From Candidatus Omnitrophota bacterium (GTDB taxonomy: Bacteria > Omnitrophota > Gorgyraeia > JAHJTE01), in contig JAHJTE010000002.1 in assembly GCA_018830005.1 (NCBI GenBank), positions 7,053-71,052 of the forward strand: a stretch of 64,000 nucleotides of DNA. The letters are read 5' to 3'. Under the pieces are notes generated by a model that had not been told where the DNA came from, ran no database searches, and saw only the letters and a program-made list of their open reading frames with translations. The position numbers and the translations under genes are program-made. Each line of letters opens with the position of its first letter. Within the stretch, counting starts at the first letter, position 1. Shown here in pieces: positions 29,552 to 39,472 of this stretch.

Positions 29552-30127
29552 ATGAATAGAATTATAAAAAAAGACCTACAAGAAAGCATTTCGATAACTA
29601 ATTACGCTATTAAGAATCAAATTAAAACGATTGAAGGGATAGCTGAAGTTATTATTGACTGTTTGGAAAGAGGAAATAAGGTTATACTTTTCGGTAATGG
29701 CGGCTCTGCAGCTGATGCCCAACATATCGCTGCTGAATTAATAGGAAGATTTGAAAAAAATCGCAAGGCCCTTGCAGCAATAAGCCTAACCACAAATACC
29801 TCTATAATAAGCGCTATTGCAAACGATTTTGGATATAGTCATGTCTTCTCAAAGCAGATTGAAGGACTAGGCCAAGCTGGAGATGTTGCCATAGGTATTT
29901 CTACCAGCGGCAGCTCAAAAAATGTCCTAGAAGCACTAAAAAAAGCAAGACAGCTAGGGCTTGCTACTGTAGGTTTTTGCGGTAAGGCCTCAAAGGCAAT
30001 ATTTAAGGTTTCTGATCTAACCTTAAGCGTTAATTCCCTGCGCACATGCCGCATACAAGAGATGCATATAAAAATCGGCCATATTATTTGTGGTTTAGTG
30101 GAAAAAGCTCTCCTGAATGAAAAATAA
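29552..30127 (+). CDS. gmhA: D-sedoheptulose-7-phosphate isomerase (SIS domain)
   Basis: ILFGNGGSAADAQHIAAEL. Confidence 0.75.
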   Translation: MNRIIKKDLQESISITNYAIKNQIKTIEGIAEVIIDCLERGNKVILFGNGGSAADAQHIAAELIGRFEKNRKALAAISLTTNTSIISAIANDFGYSHVFSKQIEGLGQAGDVAIGISTSGSSKNVLEALKKARQLGLATVGFCGKASKAIFKVSDLTLSVNSLRTCRIQEMHIKIGHIICGLVEKALLNEK

Positions 30128-30596
30128 AATTATATTAAATCAAAAAAAATTAAAGAAGATTCTTGAGCTTCAGAAAAGGAAAGGTAAGAAGATTATATTT
30201 ACAAATGGGTGCTTTGACCTGCTTCACTTTGGTCATATCAAATACCTCAACGATGCTAAGAAATTAGGAGGGTTTTTAATCGTAGCGCTCAATAGCGATA
30301 ACTCGGTCAGGAAAATAAAAGGAAAAGGTAGGCCTTTAACATCAGAAAAAGACAGGCTTCAAATTATCTCCAGCCTAGAAATGGTAGATCAGGTGACGCT
30401 GTTTAACGATAGAACCCCGCTTAAATTAATCAAACTCCTCAATCCGGATATAATCGTAAAGGGCGCGGACTGGAAGCTTGAGGATATAGTTGGTGGTGAT
30501 TTTGTAAAGGGTTACGGAGGAAGCGTGCGTCAAATCCCCTATTCAAAAGGCTACTCTACATCAAAATTAATAAGAAAAATTGCCAAGAGAAACTAA
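30117..30596 (+). CDS. D-glycero-beta-D-manno-heptose 1-phosphate adenylyltransferase (HldE domain II / RfaE2-like cytidylyltransferase)
   Basis: IIFTNGCFDLLHFGHIKYL nucleotidyltransferase HxGH motif. Confidence 0.75.
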   Translation: MKNKIILNQKKLKKILELQKRKGKKIIFTNGCFDLLHFGHIKYLNDAKKLGGFLIVALNSDNSVRKIKGKGRPLTSEKDRLQIISSLEMVDQVTLFNDRTPLKLIKLLNPDIIVKGADWKLEDIVGGDFVKGYGGSVRQIPYSKGYSTSKLIRKIAKRN

Positions 30597-30993
30597 GATC
30601 TACAGGGTAATCGACGCTAACATCAACCGTCTTACGGAAGGAATCAGAGTCTGTGAGGATATTATACGCTTTCTGATTAATGACTATAGTATCTGGATTA
30701 AATTCAAAAAAGTAAGGCACGAAATCTCTGCTATAGTAAAAAAAATTACCGCAAGGCATAAGCTGATAGAACATAGAGATATCGTTAGAGACGTAGGGAA
30801 AAAAAGTATAAAGAGTGAGTCAAGAAGGGATAATTATCAGCAAATCTTTTTTGCAAATATCCAAAGGACTAAAGAGTCTTTAAGGGTTCTGGAGGAGTTT
30901 TCTAAGTTGTTAGGAAATAGCCAGACTCAAAAGATTAAAAAAATCAGATATAAGATTTATGCACTCGAAAAAGAAGCAGCTTTCAAATTCTAG
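30580..30993 (+). CDS. Stand-alone homolog of an N-terminal extension found on some thiamine-phosphate synthases (ThiE-associated domain)
   Basis: IYRVIDANINRLTEGIRVCEDIIRF recalled from fused ThiE proteins of some thermophiles. Overlaps thiE by 35 nt in another frame. Confidence 0.35.
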   Translation: MPRETKIYRVIDANINRLTEGIRVCEDIIRFLINDYSIWIKFKKVRHEISAIVKKITARHKLIEHRDIVRDVGKKSIKSESRRDNYQQIFFANIQRTKESLRVLEEFSKLLGNSQTQKIKKIRYKIYALEKEAAFKF

Positions 30994-31597
30994 ACTTTAT
31001 TGTATTGTTGATGTAAAAAAAAGGCCCCTAGAGATAAAGCGACTCTTGAAAAAGATTACCTCTGCCGGAGTAGACATAGTGCAATTAAGGGAGAAAACCG
31101 AACAATTCCAGAGGCTTCTTACGGCAGCAAAATTAATAAAAGCCAATTCCAGTAAGACCAAGCCTATTCTTATCATCAATGATCGAGTCGATATCGCAAG
31201 GCTTTCTTCTGCCGACGGCGTTCATTTAGGCCAGAGCGACATAACAATAAAGGATGCCAGAAAGATTTTAGGGCCGGGAAAAATAGTTGGTATTTCCTGC
31301 CATAGCCTTGCTCAAGCCAAGAGAGCGCAGGCTAGCGGCGCAGACTACATCTCAATAGGACCAATCTATAAAACGCCTACGAAAAAAGGAGTGCCTGCAA
31401 TAGGCGAACGATTGCTGTCAGAAGTATCCAATAAAATCAATATACCAGTTTTTGCAATTGGGGGAATAAATCGAAAAAATCTAGACAAGATAAAAAGAAA
31501 AGGTATAAAAAGAATCGCTGTGCATCGCGCTATAACAAGAGCCAAGAATCCCGCTGGTGAGGCAACGCGCTTAAAACAGCTCCTAAGATGCAATTGA
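30959..31597 (+). CDS. thiE: Thiamine-phosphate synthase
   Basis: LYCIVD...ADGVHLGQSD...ISCHS...GADYISIGPIYKTPTK...FAIGGI. Confidence 0.8.
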   Translation: MHSKKKQLSNSRLYCIVDVKKRPLEIKRLLKKITSAGVDIVQLREKTEQFQRLLTAAKLIKANSSKTKPILIINDRVDIARLSSADGVHLGQSDITIKDARKILGPGKIVGISCHSLAQAKRAQASGADYISIGPIYKTPTKKGVPAIGERLLSEVSNKINIPVFAIGGINRKNLDKIKRKGIKRIAVHRAITRAKNPAGEATRLKQLLRCN

Positions 31598-31598
31598 T

Positions 31599-32882
31599 AT
31601 GACTCAAATAGATCAAGCAAAGACAAATCGAATCACTCAAGAAGTACGCTATATAGCTAAGCTAGAAAAAATCCCCTCTAAGCTCCTGTCAAAAAGAATA
31701 GCTTCTAATGAGGCAGTGATTTTTTCAAATAATATAAGACGCCCTAAAAAGACAACGGCAGTGGGCAAGGGTTTAAAAACAAAGGTTAATGTTAACATCG
31801 GAAGCTCGACCGATAAAGCCAATGTTAAACTGGAATTAAAGAAACTTAGAGAGGCTGTAAATTTAGGAGCTGATACTATAATGGATTTAAGTGTTGGTCC
31901 GGATGCGCAAAGAGTACGCAATCTAATCTTAAAGAATTCTCCTATTCCTGTAGGAACAGTGCCGATTTATGAAGCGGCATTACTGGCAAGGAAAAAGAGA
32001 GGCAGCTTTCTCAAGATGGATTTAGAGACAATGCTTAAATGCATTGAAAATCAGGCAAAAGAGGGTGTTGACTTCTTTACAATTCATTCTGGCATAACAA
32101 GAGAAGGATTAAAGATCTTAAAAAAATCCAAACGTCAGATTAAAATTGCAAGCAGGGGAGGAGCAATTTTAAGCGCTTGGATGGATGCAAATAAAAAAGA
32201 AAATCCTCTCTATGAACATTTTGATGAAATTTTAAAGATTGCATATAAATACGATATTGTCTTGAGTCTGGGTGACGCCTTAAGGCCTGGCGCAATATCT
32301 GATGCCACTGATGCTGCACAAATAAACGAATTAAGACACCTGGCTGATCTTGTGAAAAAGGCAAGAAGAAAAAATGTGCAGGTTATTGTAGAAGGACCCG
32401 GGCATGTGCCGCTACATCAAATCGAATCTAATATTGTCCTGCAAAAAAAGTTATGTAAAAACGCGCCATTTTATGTCCTGGGGCCGCTTGTTTGTGATGT
32501 GGCAGCAGGATATGACCACATAACTGCGGCAATCGGAGGCGCTTTGGCTGCTATGTATGGTGCTGATTTTCTTTGCTATGTCACACCTGCAGAGCATTTA
32601 CGGCTACCTACGATCAGCGACATGAGAGAAGGTCTGATTGCCTCGCGCATTGCGGCGCACAGCGCAGATATTGCCAAGGGAATTAAACAAGCGGATAAAT
32701 GGGACAGGCAGGTATCTTCTGCAAGAAATAAAAGAGATTGGAAAAAGCTAATCTCTCTTTCTATTGATCCGCAACGAGCAAGCGAATTTAGACACTCTAT
32801 TAAAGCAAGGGAATTAAAAACCTGTTCTATGTGCGGTGATTATTGCTCTATGAAACTGACCGAGGCTTCATTACCTAGTTAA
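31599..32882 (+). CDS. thiC: Phosphomethylpyrimidine synthase
   Basis: GSSTDKANV...TIMDLS...C-terminal CSMCGDYCSMK. Confidence 0.85.
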   Translation: MTQIDQAKTNRITQEVRYIAKLEKIPSKLLSKRIASNEAVIFSNNIRRPKKTTAVGKGLKTKVNVNIGSSTDKANVKLELKKLREAVNLGADTIMDLSVGPDAQRVRNLILKNSPIPVGTVPIYEAALLARKKRGSFLKMDLETMLKCIENQAKEGVDFFTIHSGITREGLKILKKSKRQIKIASRGGAILSAWMDANKKENPLYEHFDEILKIAYKYDIVLSLGDALRPGAISDATDAAQINELRHLADLVKKARRKNVQVIVEGPGHVPLHQIESNIVLQKKLCKNAPFYVLGPLVCDVAAGYDHITAAIGGALAAMYGADFLCYVTPAEHLRLPTISDMREGLIASRIAAHSADIAKGIKQADKWDRQVSSARNKRDWKKLISLSIDPQRASEFRHSIKARELKTCSMCGDYCSMKLTEASLPS

Positions 32883-32894
32883 GTCAGTATTTTT

Positions 32895-32965
32895 GCGGGC
32901 GTAGTTCAGTGGTAGAACATTAGCTTCCCAAGCTAAAAATGAGGGTTCGATTCCCTTCGCCCGCT
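32895..32965 (+). tRNA. tRNA-Gly (anticodon CCC)
   Basis: gcgggcg acceptor stem, D-arm agtggtag, anticodon loop ttCCCaa, T-arm ggttcgatt, 3' cgcccgc. CCA not encoded. Confidence 0.85.
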
Positions 32966-32985
32966 TGGATTAGAATTAAAAAAGC

Positions 32986-34629
32986 ATGGTTGATAAAGAA
33001 ATAATACTAAAACGCATTAATATCCTAGAGCCTATCTACAAACGCCTCAACAGCCTTGTAGATGGTTATCGTCAAAATATTGCCTTGATTGGCGAAACCG
33101 GTGTCGGTAAGAGCACAATTTTAAAATATCTTCTCACTTCGTTTATGCGGCCCCAGCTTACGTTTGCCTACGTTAATCTAAACTGCTCTGATTTTGAGCA
33201 GTTCAGCTATAAGTTATTGGGTAGTATGCTATACAACTATCTGCAGGAGAAAGGACTGATTATCAAAGATGATTTCGATTACTTAAGCAAGGCAAGTGAA
33301 AAGATTTTACCAAATACCTCCAGCCAGATAGAAGAGATCAAGCAATTAATAGAAAGACATAAATACAATGAGGCCTTTGCCAAGACATTTGATTGCACTG
33401 ATATCTTTACAAAGGAGACCGGCCATAGGCTGGTGTTCATAATCGATGAATTCCATCTCTTAGAGGAAATGGACATAAAAAATGTATTTGCCCTTTTCAG
33501 TAAACGGATTATGCTACAGCAATCCGTGGCCTTTATAGTAGCCAGTTCACATGTAGGAAAGGCAAGAAAAATCCTCTCTGAAAAATTATCACTTTTATTC
33601 GGTAATTTTGAAGTCATGAATATACATCCCCTGGATCACACAACAAGCAAAGAATTTATCTCAAGCATCATTTATCCTTTCGGAATCGCAGACGTAGGCA
33701 ATGATTTTCTTATTAATCTAACGGGCGGGTTTCCTCTTTATCTAAAGCTAATCGCCAATGAACTTTCTCGTCTGGCAGAGAAAAATGTGTTCAAGCAAAT
33801 AGATGAGCATATTATTGCTACGGCGCTGTATAATCTCTTATCAAAAGAGACAGGACTACTTAATGAGAAATTCAACAATACAGTAATGAAGATATCAGAA
33901 CTAAAAAGTGAGCATAAGAGGACCTCTTCAGTTCATTCCTGGAAGATTTTAATTTCAATTGCCAATGGTTTTAATAAATCTAGCAGCTTGGTTAAGAACC
34001 TGCGAAAGGGCAAACCGCAGATACAGGCTAAGCTTACAAAACTTATTGATCAAAATATCATCAGCAAGAACTCGTCATTCTTTAAGATAAATGATCCTGT
34101 GTTCGAATTGTGGTTAAAATATGTTTTTTCAAAAAAACAGTATAATTTCAATGAGGATGAATTGGATTTCAAAAATCAATTTATCTCTGAAATCAAAACA
34201 TTGATTGAGAATTTTACAGTAGAATCAAAGCGTAATTTCATAGACAGGATCTCTGAAGTCTTCGAACAATTTAAGGATGAATCCATCGTATTTGAACGCC
34301 GCAGGTGGAAACTGACAAAATTTAATGAGATAAGGCCTTTAAGCTTTGCTGGTAGTGGAATTAGAAGTGGTATCTATGGTCGCGGCGCTGGAGATCTCTG
34401 GATTGCTGCCTTAAAACAAGGACATGTCTGCGAAAGTGATATATCTGAATTTATTGTAGAATGTAAAAAATTTAAAAACAAGCGCTTAAAAAAAGTCCTG
34501 ATTGCCCTTGGCGAAATTGATTTAAATGCAGCGCTCTTGGCCAAAGAAGAGAAGATTCAAACCTGGAACTTGAACCATCTCAATCTATTGCTGAGATTGT
34601 TTGGGAAGCCAAAGATTATTCATTATTAA
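32986..34629 (+). CDS. Arch_ATPase/DUF234-like P-loop ATPase
   Basis: Walker A GETGVGKST, Walker B LVFIIDEFH, LTGGFPLYL motif resembling the TGGxPxYL of PF01637. 547 aa. Confidence 0.5.
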   Translation: MVDKEIILKRINILEPIYKRLNSLVDGYRQNIALIGETGVGKSTILKYLLTSFMRPQLTFAYVNLNCSDFEQFSYKLLGSMLYNYLQEKGLIIKDDFDYLSKASEKILPNTSSQIEEIKQLIERHKYNEAFAKTFDCTDIFTKETGHRLVFIIDEFHLLEEMDIKNVFALFSKRIMLQQSVAFIVASSHVGKARKILSEKLSLLFGNFEVMNIHPLDHTTSKEFISSIIYPFGIADVGNDFLINLTGGFPLYLKLIANELSRLAEKNVFKQIDEHIIATALYNLLSKETGLLNEKFNNTVMKISELKSEHKRTSSVHSWKILISIANGFNKSSSLVKNLRKGKPQIQAKLTKLIDQNIISKNSSFFKINDPVFELWLKYVFSKKQYNFNEDELDFKNQFISEIKTLIENFTVESKRNFIDRISEVFEQFKDESIVFERRRWKLTKFNEIRPLSFAGSGIRSGIYGRGAGDLWIAALKQGHVCESDISEFIVECKKFKNKRLKKVLIALGEIDLNAALLAKEEKIQTWNLNHLNLLLRLFGKPKIIHY

Positions 34630-35118
34630 ATGAAAGTAGTTGTAATTTCCGATACACATATACCAGAAAGGGCAGAGCAACTTCCGACTAGCTTCCTAGA
34701 AAAGGCAAAAGACGCTGATTTAATATTGCATGCCGGCGACCTAGCCGACATTTCAGTCTTAAGTGAACTTAAAAAGATCTCTAAGGTCGTGGCTGTCTGG
34801 GGCAACATGGACTCGCCTGAGGTCAAAAAAACATTAAAGGAAAAGGAAATAATTAAAATCGAAGACATCTCAATAGGATTAATGCATGGCAGGGGACATC
34901 CAAACTATCTAATAAAATTTTTAACAGAACAATTTAGGAGTGACGCCGTAGATATCATTATCTTCGGCCATTCTCATAAACCAATGAATAAAGAGATTGA
35001 TGATATTCTATTCTTCAACCCGGGAAGTTTAACAGATGATTTCTTCTCAGACTATGCCTCTTTTGGTGTTATTGAGATAAAAACAGGTAAATATAAAGCT
35101 AAAATCGAAAAATTATAA
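34630..35118 (+). CDS. YfcE/MJ0936-type metallophosphoesterase
   Basis: MKVVVISDTHIP...HAGD...GNMD...GHSHK. Confidence 0.7.
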   Translation: MKVVVISDTHIPERAEQLPTSFLEKAKDADLILHAGDLADISVLSELKKISKVVAVWGNMDSPEVKKTLKEKEIIKIEDISIGLMHGRGHPNYLIKFLTEQFRSDAVDIIIFGHSHKPMNKEIDDILFFNPGSLTDDFFSDYASFGVIEIKTGKYKAKIEKL

Positions 35119-35122
35119 GAAG

Positions 35123-35599
35123 ATGGAAAATTTATGGGCGCCCTGGCGCATGGACTACATTAAGCCAAAAAGAAAACAAAGCGGCTGTCTACTTTGTAGA
35201 ATCGCAAGGGATAAATCGCACGATAGGAAAAATTTGGTATTCTTACGTACAAAGGCAGCTTTTTGCGTGCTTAATAAATTTCCCTACAGCAATGGCCATA
35301 TAATGATATGTCCTAATGCCCATAAAAGACACCTAAGACAGTTAAACAAAGAAGAAATCCTACAGCTAAGCAGCTTAGTAATTCAAACTCAAGACTTGTT
35401 ACATAAGGTATTAAGGCCTGCAGGCTATAATATCGGAATTAATCTTGGTAGCCACGCAGGTGCAGGTATTGATAAACATTTACACATTCATCTTGTTCCG
35501 CGCTGGAGAGGGGATACGAACTTTATGCCTGTTATTTCAAAGACCAAGGTTATCCCTCAATCTCTAGATAGCCTTTTTAAGAAACTTAAAAAAAGATGA
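35123..35599 (+). CDS. HIT-family nucleotide hydrolase/transferase
   Basis: HLHIHLVPRW histidine triad. Confidence 0.7.
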   Translation: MENLWAPWRMDYIKPKRKQSGCLLCRIARDKSHDRKNLVFLRTKAAFCVLNKFPYSNGHIMICPNAHKRHLRQLNKEEILQLSSLVIQTQDLLHKVLRPAGYNIGINLGSHAGAGIDKHLHIHLVPRWRGDTNFMPVISKTKVIPQSLDSLFKKLKKR

Positions 35600-36756
35600 G
35601 TAAACTATCTAATGAAACATTGATAGCCAGTTCTGACTCCACATTAGCAGCATATGCGTCTAAAAACCAAGCAAGTCGTGGCAGAATCTATAAAGAGCCA
35701 GAACATGCATATAGAACAATATATCAGCGTGATAGAGACAGGATTATCCACTCTGCCTCGTTTAGAAGACTAGAATATAAAACGCAGGTTTTTGTAAATC
35801 ACGAAGGTGATTACTATCGCACAAGGCTTACGCATACCTTAGAGGTTGCTCAAATAGGTCGCACTATCGCAAAGGCGCTTAATCTTAATGAAGAGCTGGT
35901 TGAGGCCATAGCCTTAGCCCATGACCTTGGACACACCCCTTTTGGTCATGCTGGCGAAGATACCTTAGATGATTTAATGAAGGAAGAAGGTGGTTTTAAC
36001 CATAATCTGCAAGGATTGCGCGTCGTAGATCAGCTAGAAGAAAGATATCCTGATTTTCCCGGCCTGAATTTGAGTTGGGAAGTCAGAGAAGGTATTGCCA
36101 AGCATTCAACCATCTATGACTTTCCTAAGACCCTATCAGAGTTTGAGCCAGGCAAGGGTCCTAGTCTAGAAACTCAGGTTGTTGATGCGGCTGATGAAAT
36201 TGCCTATGATAATCATGATTTAGATGATGGCCTGACCTCAGGACTATTAAAGGCAGACTCATTAAGGAAGATTGATTTCTGGCGGGAGATTGAAGACGGA
36301 ATCAATAAGCGCTATCCTGAAATCGGAAAAGAATTACAAAAATACCAGATAATTAATTCTTTGATAAATTTCCTTGTTACTGATATAATAAACGAATCAA
36401 AAAAGAGGCTTAAAAAATTCAATATAAAAAATGTTAATGACGCAAAAGAAATCAAGGAAAAAATTATTACCTTTAGTAACGAAGTTCAAAAGAAGAGAGG
36501 ACCATTGAGAGAATTCCTGTTTAAGAATTTATATAATCATTATCGGGTTATACGCATGTCAGATAAAGCAAAACGTTTTATAAAGGACTTATTTAACGTC
36601 TACCTAGAGAAACCTCAACAATTACCAATCAGGACTCAGGAACATTTTAAGAATGAATCTATTAAAAGAGTTGTCTGTGATTATATCGCAGGAATGACTG
36701 ACAGGTTCGCGCTAAATGAATACAAAAAATTATTTGACCCTTACGAAAAAGTATAA
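35596..36756 (+). CDS. dGTP triphosphohydrolase-like HD-domain protein
   Basis: RTRLTHTLEVAQIGR...HDLGHTPFGH. Confidence 0.75.
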   Translation: MSKLSNETLIASSDSTLAAYASKNQASRGRIYKEPEHAYRTIYQRDRDRIIHSASFRRLEYKTQVFVNHEGDYYRTRLTHTLEVAQIGRTIAKALNLNEELVEAIALAHDLGHTPFGHAGEDTLDDLMKEEGGFNHNLQGLRVVDQLEERYPDFPGLNLSWEVREGIAKHSTIYDFPKTLSEFEPGKGPSLETQVVDAADEIAYDNHDLDDGLTSGLLKADSLRKIDFWREIEDGINKRYPEIGKELQKYQIINSLINFLVTDIINESKKRLKKFNIKNVNDAKEIKEKIITFSNEVQKKRGPLREFLFKNLYNHYRVIRMSDKAKRFIKDLFNVYLEKPQQLPIRTQEHFKNESIKRVVCDYIAGMTDRFALNEYKKLFDPYEKV

Positions 36757-37804
36757 AACGGCCCTTTCGGCTATTCATATAATAGCCCGTCTTATAAATT
36801 CAACAACGAATATTAAGGAGCTGCTTTTGCGCGTGGCTAGACTCGCCTGCCAAGTTGTAAAGGGCAAGAACTGCCAAATCATCATTTCTGATAATAATCA
36901 ATTTATCTCTGCCAGGATCAACGCTGAAACCACAAAAAAAGGATTATATCGAAGAAGGAAAAAGATTTCAGTGCCTATCGAAAAAAAGATTGTTCTTTCT
37001 GGTTCCTTGATCCTTGAGCCAGCCTTTCTTGGAATCCCTCTTATCGGTGATGATCTGATGGGAGCAATTATCGTTAAGGGTAAAACCGAACCTAAAAAAT
37101 TCGATGTGGTTGACCAAGAAATCTTAATGAACCTTGGCGAACAACTTGTAATGGCAATTAAGAATTTACGCCTTTACGATGAACAAGAAAAGCTCCTTTT
37201 AGGAAGCGTCAAAACATTAGTCTCGGTCTTAAACTCTACAAGCCCCCAGGCCTATACGCACTCTAAGAATTTTAATCATATATTATTGGCAATTGCAGAA
37301 CAGATGCATTTGTCTGAGCAAGAAATTCATGCCTTACTTTACGCCGGACTTCTTCATGATGCCGGAAAAATCGATATACCGACAAATATCTTAACTAAAT
37401 CAACTAAACTAACGGGTAGGGAATTTCGCATAATAAAGGAGCATCCCTTAAAGGGCGTTAAAATTATCAAGCCACTCCAGCTTCTTAAGCCCGCAATACC
37501 AATAATCCAGCATCATCATGAAAAATATGATGGCACAGGATATCCTGCGGGACTAAAGAAAAACCAGATCCCCTTAGGTGCAAGAATTATGGCAGTTGCT
37601 GATGCCTTTGAGGCAATGCTAGTGGAAAGACCTTATCGTCGTCATAAAATGACCCTATCAGCTGCAGTAGGCGAAATGAAGAAATTTTCCGGCACGCAAT
37701 TCGATCCTAAAGTAATTGATGCCTTGATTAAAAGCCTGAAGGCAAAAAAATTAAAAAAATATTTATCAGGCCGTCCCCGTAATCATAATCCGGATAAACT
37801 TTAG
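36716..37804 (+). CDS. GAF-domain HD-GYP phosphodiesterase (second copy)
   Basis: HDAGKIDIP...HHHEKYDGTGYPAG. Confidence 0.75.
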   Translation: MNTKNYLTLTKKYKTALSAIHIIARLINSTTNIKELLLRVARLACQVVKGKNCQIIISDNNQFISARINAETTKKGLYRRRKKISVPIEKKIVLSGSLILEPAFLGIPLIGDDLMGAIIVKGKTEPKKFDVVDQEILMNLGEQLVMAIKNLRLYDEQEKLLLGSVKTLVSVLNSTSPQAYTHSKNFNHILLAIAEQMHLSEQEIHALLYAGLLHDAGKIDIPTNILTKSTKLTGREFRIIKEHPLKGVKIIKPLQLLKPAIPIIQHHHEKYDGTGYPAGLKKNQIPLGARIMAVADAFEAMLVERPYRRHKMTLSAAVGEMKKFSGTQFDPKVIDALIKSLKAKKLKKYLSGRPRNHNPDKL

Positions 37805-37807
37805 CAA

Positions 37808-38323
37808 ATGAAACAGCTTGAGCTATTCGATGGTTTTCATAAATCTGGAGGAGAGAAATCTTTTAAAAAAAAGACCCAGCATACTAACAACCTGCGGATA
37901 TTAAGATATGGGCTATTTCTCATAATCTATACAATTGTTGTCCTAATACTCGGCTTTGTCCTAGGCTATGATCGGGCAAAAGTAAAAAGGCCCAGTCCAA
38001 GCAAAGCTCCAGAAGCAACTTTAGAGAAGACAGTTAAAGAAGAACCTGTAAGAATAGAAACTGTGGCTACTGACAAAGACATCAAGGTTAAAGACGCCTA
38101 TGAGATTCAGGTAGCTTCGCTTAAAAAGCAATCGTCTGCAAAAACAGAAAAAGAGACACTAACAAAGGCTGGATTTAAGGCCTATATTTCTGAGTCCGGA
38201 GAATATATAAAGGTTTGTATCGGCCCATTTAAAACCGAAAAAGAAGCTGATAAAAATCTAAGGGCTCTTAAAGAAAAATATCCAAAGAAATACAAAGATT
38301 CTTTTATAAAGAAAATCAAATGA
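37808..38323 (+). CDS. SPOR-domain membrane protein
   Basis: TM anchor and C-terminal YEIQVASLKKQSSAKTE...GFKAYISESGEYIKVCIGPFKTEKEA. Confidence 0.6.
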   Translation: MKQLELFDGFHKSGGEKSFKKKTQHTNNLRILRYGLFLIIYTIVVLILGFVLGYDRAKVKRPSPSKAPEATLEKTVKEEPVRIETVATDKDIKVKDAYEIQVASLKKQSSAKTEKETLTKAGFKAYISESGEYIKVCIGPFKTEKEADKNLRALKEKYPKKYKDSFIKKIK

Positions 38324-38347
38324 GGATACTGAAGGAGGAGATTTAAC

Positions 38348-38659
38348 ATGTCTATTCATCCATCTCTACGAAAGGCATCAAAAGGCAAGCAACAACGTTC
38401 TATACTTAAACGTATCGAGCGGGTTAAGAAACTTGTCGAAGAAGAAGCCTGGGAAGAGGATAAGGTGTTTAAGCTTCCTAAAATAAAAATGATAAGACTG
38501 AAGGTCAAGAAAGAAAAACTTAAGGAAGAGGCTACCGAGGCTACTGAGGCAGGGGCTGGGGCTGCAGCTGGAGGCGCCCAAGAAGGAAAACCAACACAAG
38601 CCAAAGAAAAGCCAGATGAGAAAAAAGAGTCCAAAAAGGACGCTAAAAAGCAAAAATGA
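38348..38659 (+). CDS. Small basic protein with E/K/A-rich tail
   Basis: MSIHPSLRKASKGKQQRSILKRIERVKKL. Possibly the TIGR04137-type small basic protein, from memory only. Confidence 0.35.
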   Translation: MSIHPSLRKASKGKQQRSILKRIERVKKLVEEEAWEEDKVFKLPKIKMIRLKVKKEKLKEEATEATEAGAGAAAGGAQEGKPTQAKEKPDEKKESKKDAKKQK

Positions 38660-39471
38660 AAAGAATAATATTATTTATATTTAGTTTTATCATTCTTTTT
38701 AGCTTATCAGCTGTCTATGCTCAATCCAATCAAGAAGATACGCATTTTCCTTTTATTGGCAGGATAAAAGCAGAAAGGGTTAATGTTCGCTCTGGTCCGC
38801 ATCTAAACTTTGAAACCCTGGGTAAGGTAAAAAAAGGACAAGATATTACCGTGGTAGGAGAAAAACAGGATTGGTATAAGGTTAGAGTACCAAGCAATTT
38901 TTCAGTGTTTGTTGACTATAAATTTGTCCAAAAACGCACTGAGCCTGTTGGGGTTGTTAAGGGTAAAAGAGTAAATGTCAGGGCAAAGCCAAACTTAAAG
39001 GCTACGCTCCTAGGACAACTTAACAAAGGAGAGATAGTTACAATTAGAGGCCAAAATAATGAATGGCTAAAGATTGCACCCACACCAAACTGTTTTGCCT
39101 GGATAAAGGCAGAATTCGTCAATTACATTCGAGCCGGACTCGCCAAAGAACCAGCAGACGAAATAGAGCTTGTTAAAAAACCTGAGCCTAAGGTAGAGAA
39201 GGCATCCTCTGGTTGTAAAAAGTGCGGCCAGAAAAGAAAAGAAACTCCTACGGCAAAAGGCATAGTTGAAGATTCCGGAAGACTATTAAACAAGCGCTCC
39301 TTGGCCAAACTCATTGATAAGAATAATGAAATTGAATACTTCCTAGATGCTGATAAGAAATTACTAGACACCTATGGCAATTCCAGAGTAGCTGTGTGGG
39401 GAGAAGTAATAAAAGATAAGGATTACCCTGCCCCGATAATAAAGGTAGAAAAAATAATCTTGTTAGAGTAG
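38656..39471 (+). CDS. Secreted tandem bacterial SH3 (SH3b) domain protein
   Basis: Signal peptide. Two RVNVR(S/A)xP..........G..V....DWYKV repeats. Confidence 0.6.
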   Translation: MKRIILFIFSFIILFSLSAVYAQSNQEDTHFPFIGRIKAERVNVRSGPHLNFETLGKVKKGQDITVVGEKQDWYKVRVPSNFSVFVDYKFVQKRTEPVGVVKGKRVNVRAKPNLKATLLGQLNKGEIVTIRGQNNEWLKIAPTPNCFAWIKAEFVNYIRAGLAKEPADEIELVKKPEPKVEKASSGCKKCGQKRKETPTAKGIVEDSGRLLNKRSLAKLIDKNNEIEYFLDADKKLLDTYGNSRVAVWGEVIKDKDYPAPIIKVEKIILLE

Positions 39472-39472
39472 A

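Noticed and set aside
30117-30596. Calling this a bifunctional HldE (kinase plus adenylyltransferase)
   Set aside because: Only the cytidylyltransferase-like domain (about 159 aa) is present. No ribokinase-like domain I was seen in the window.
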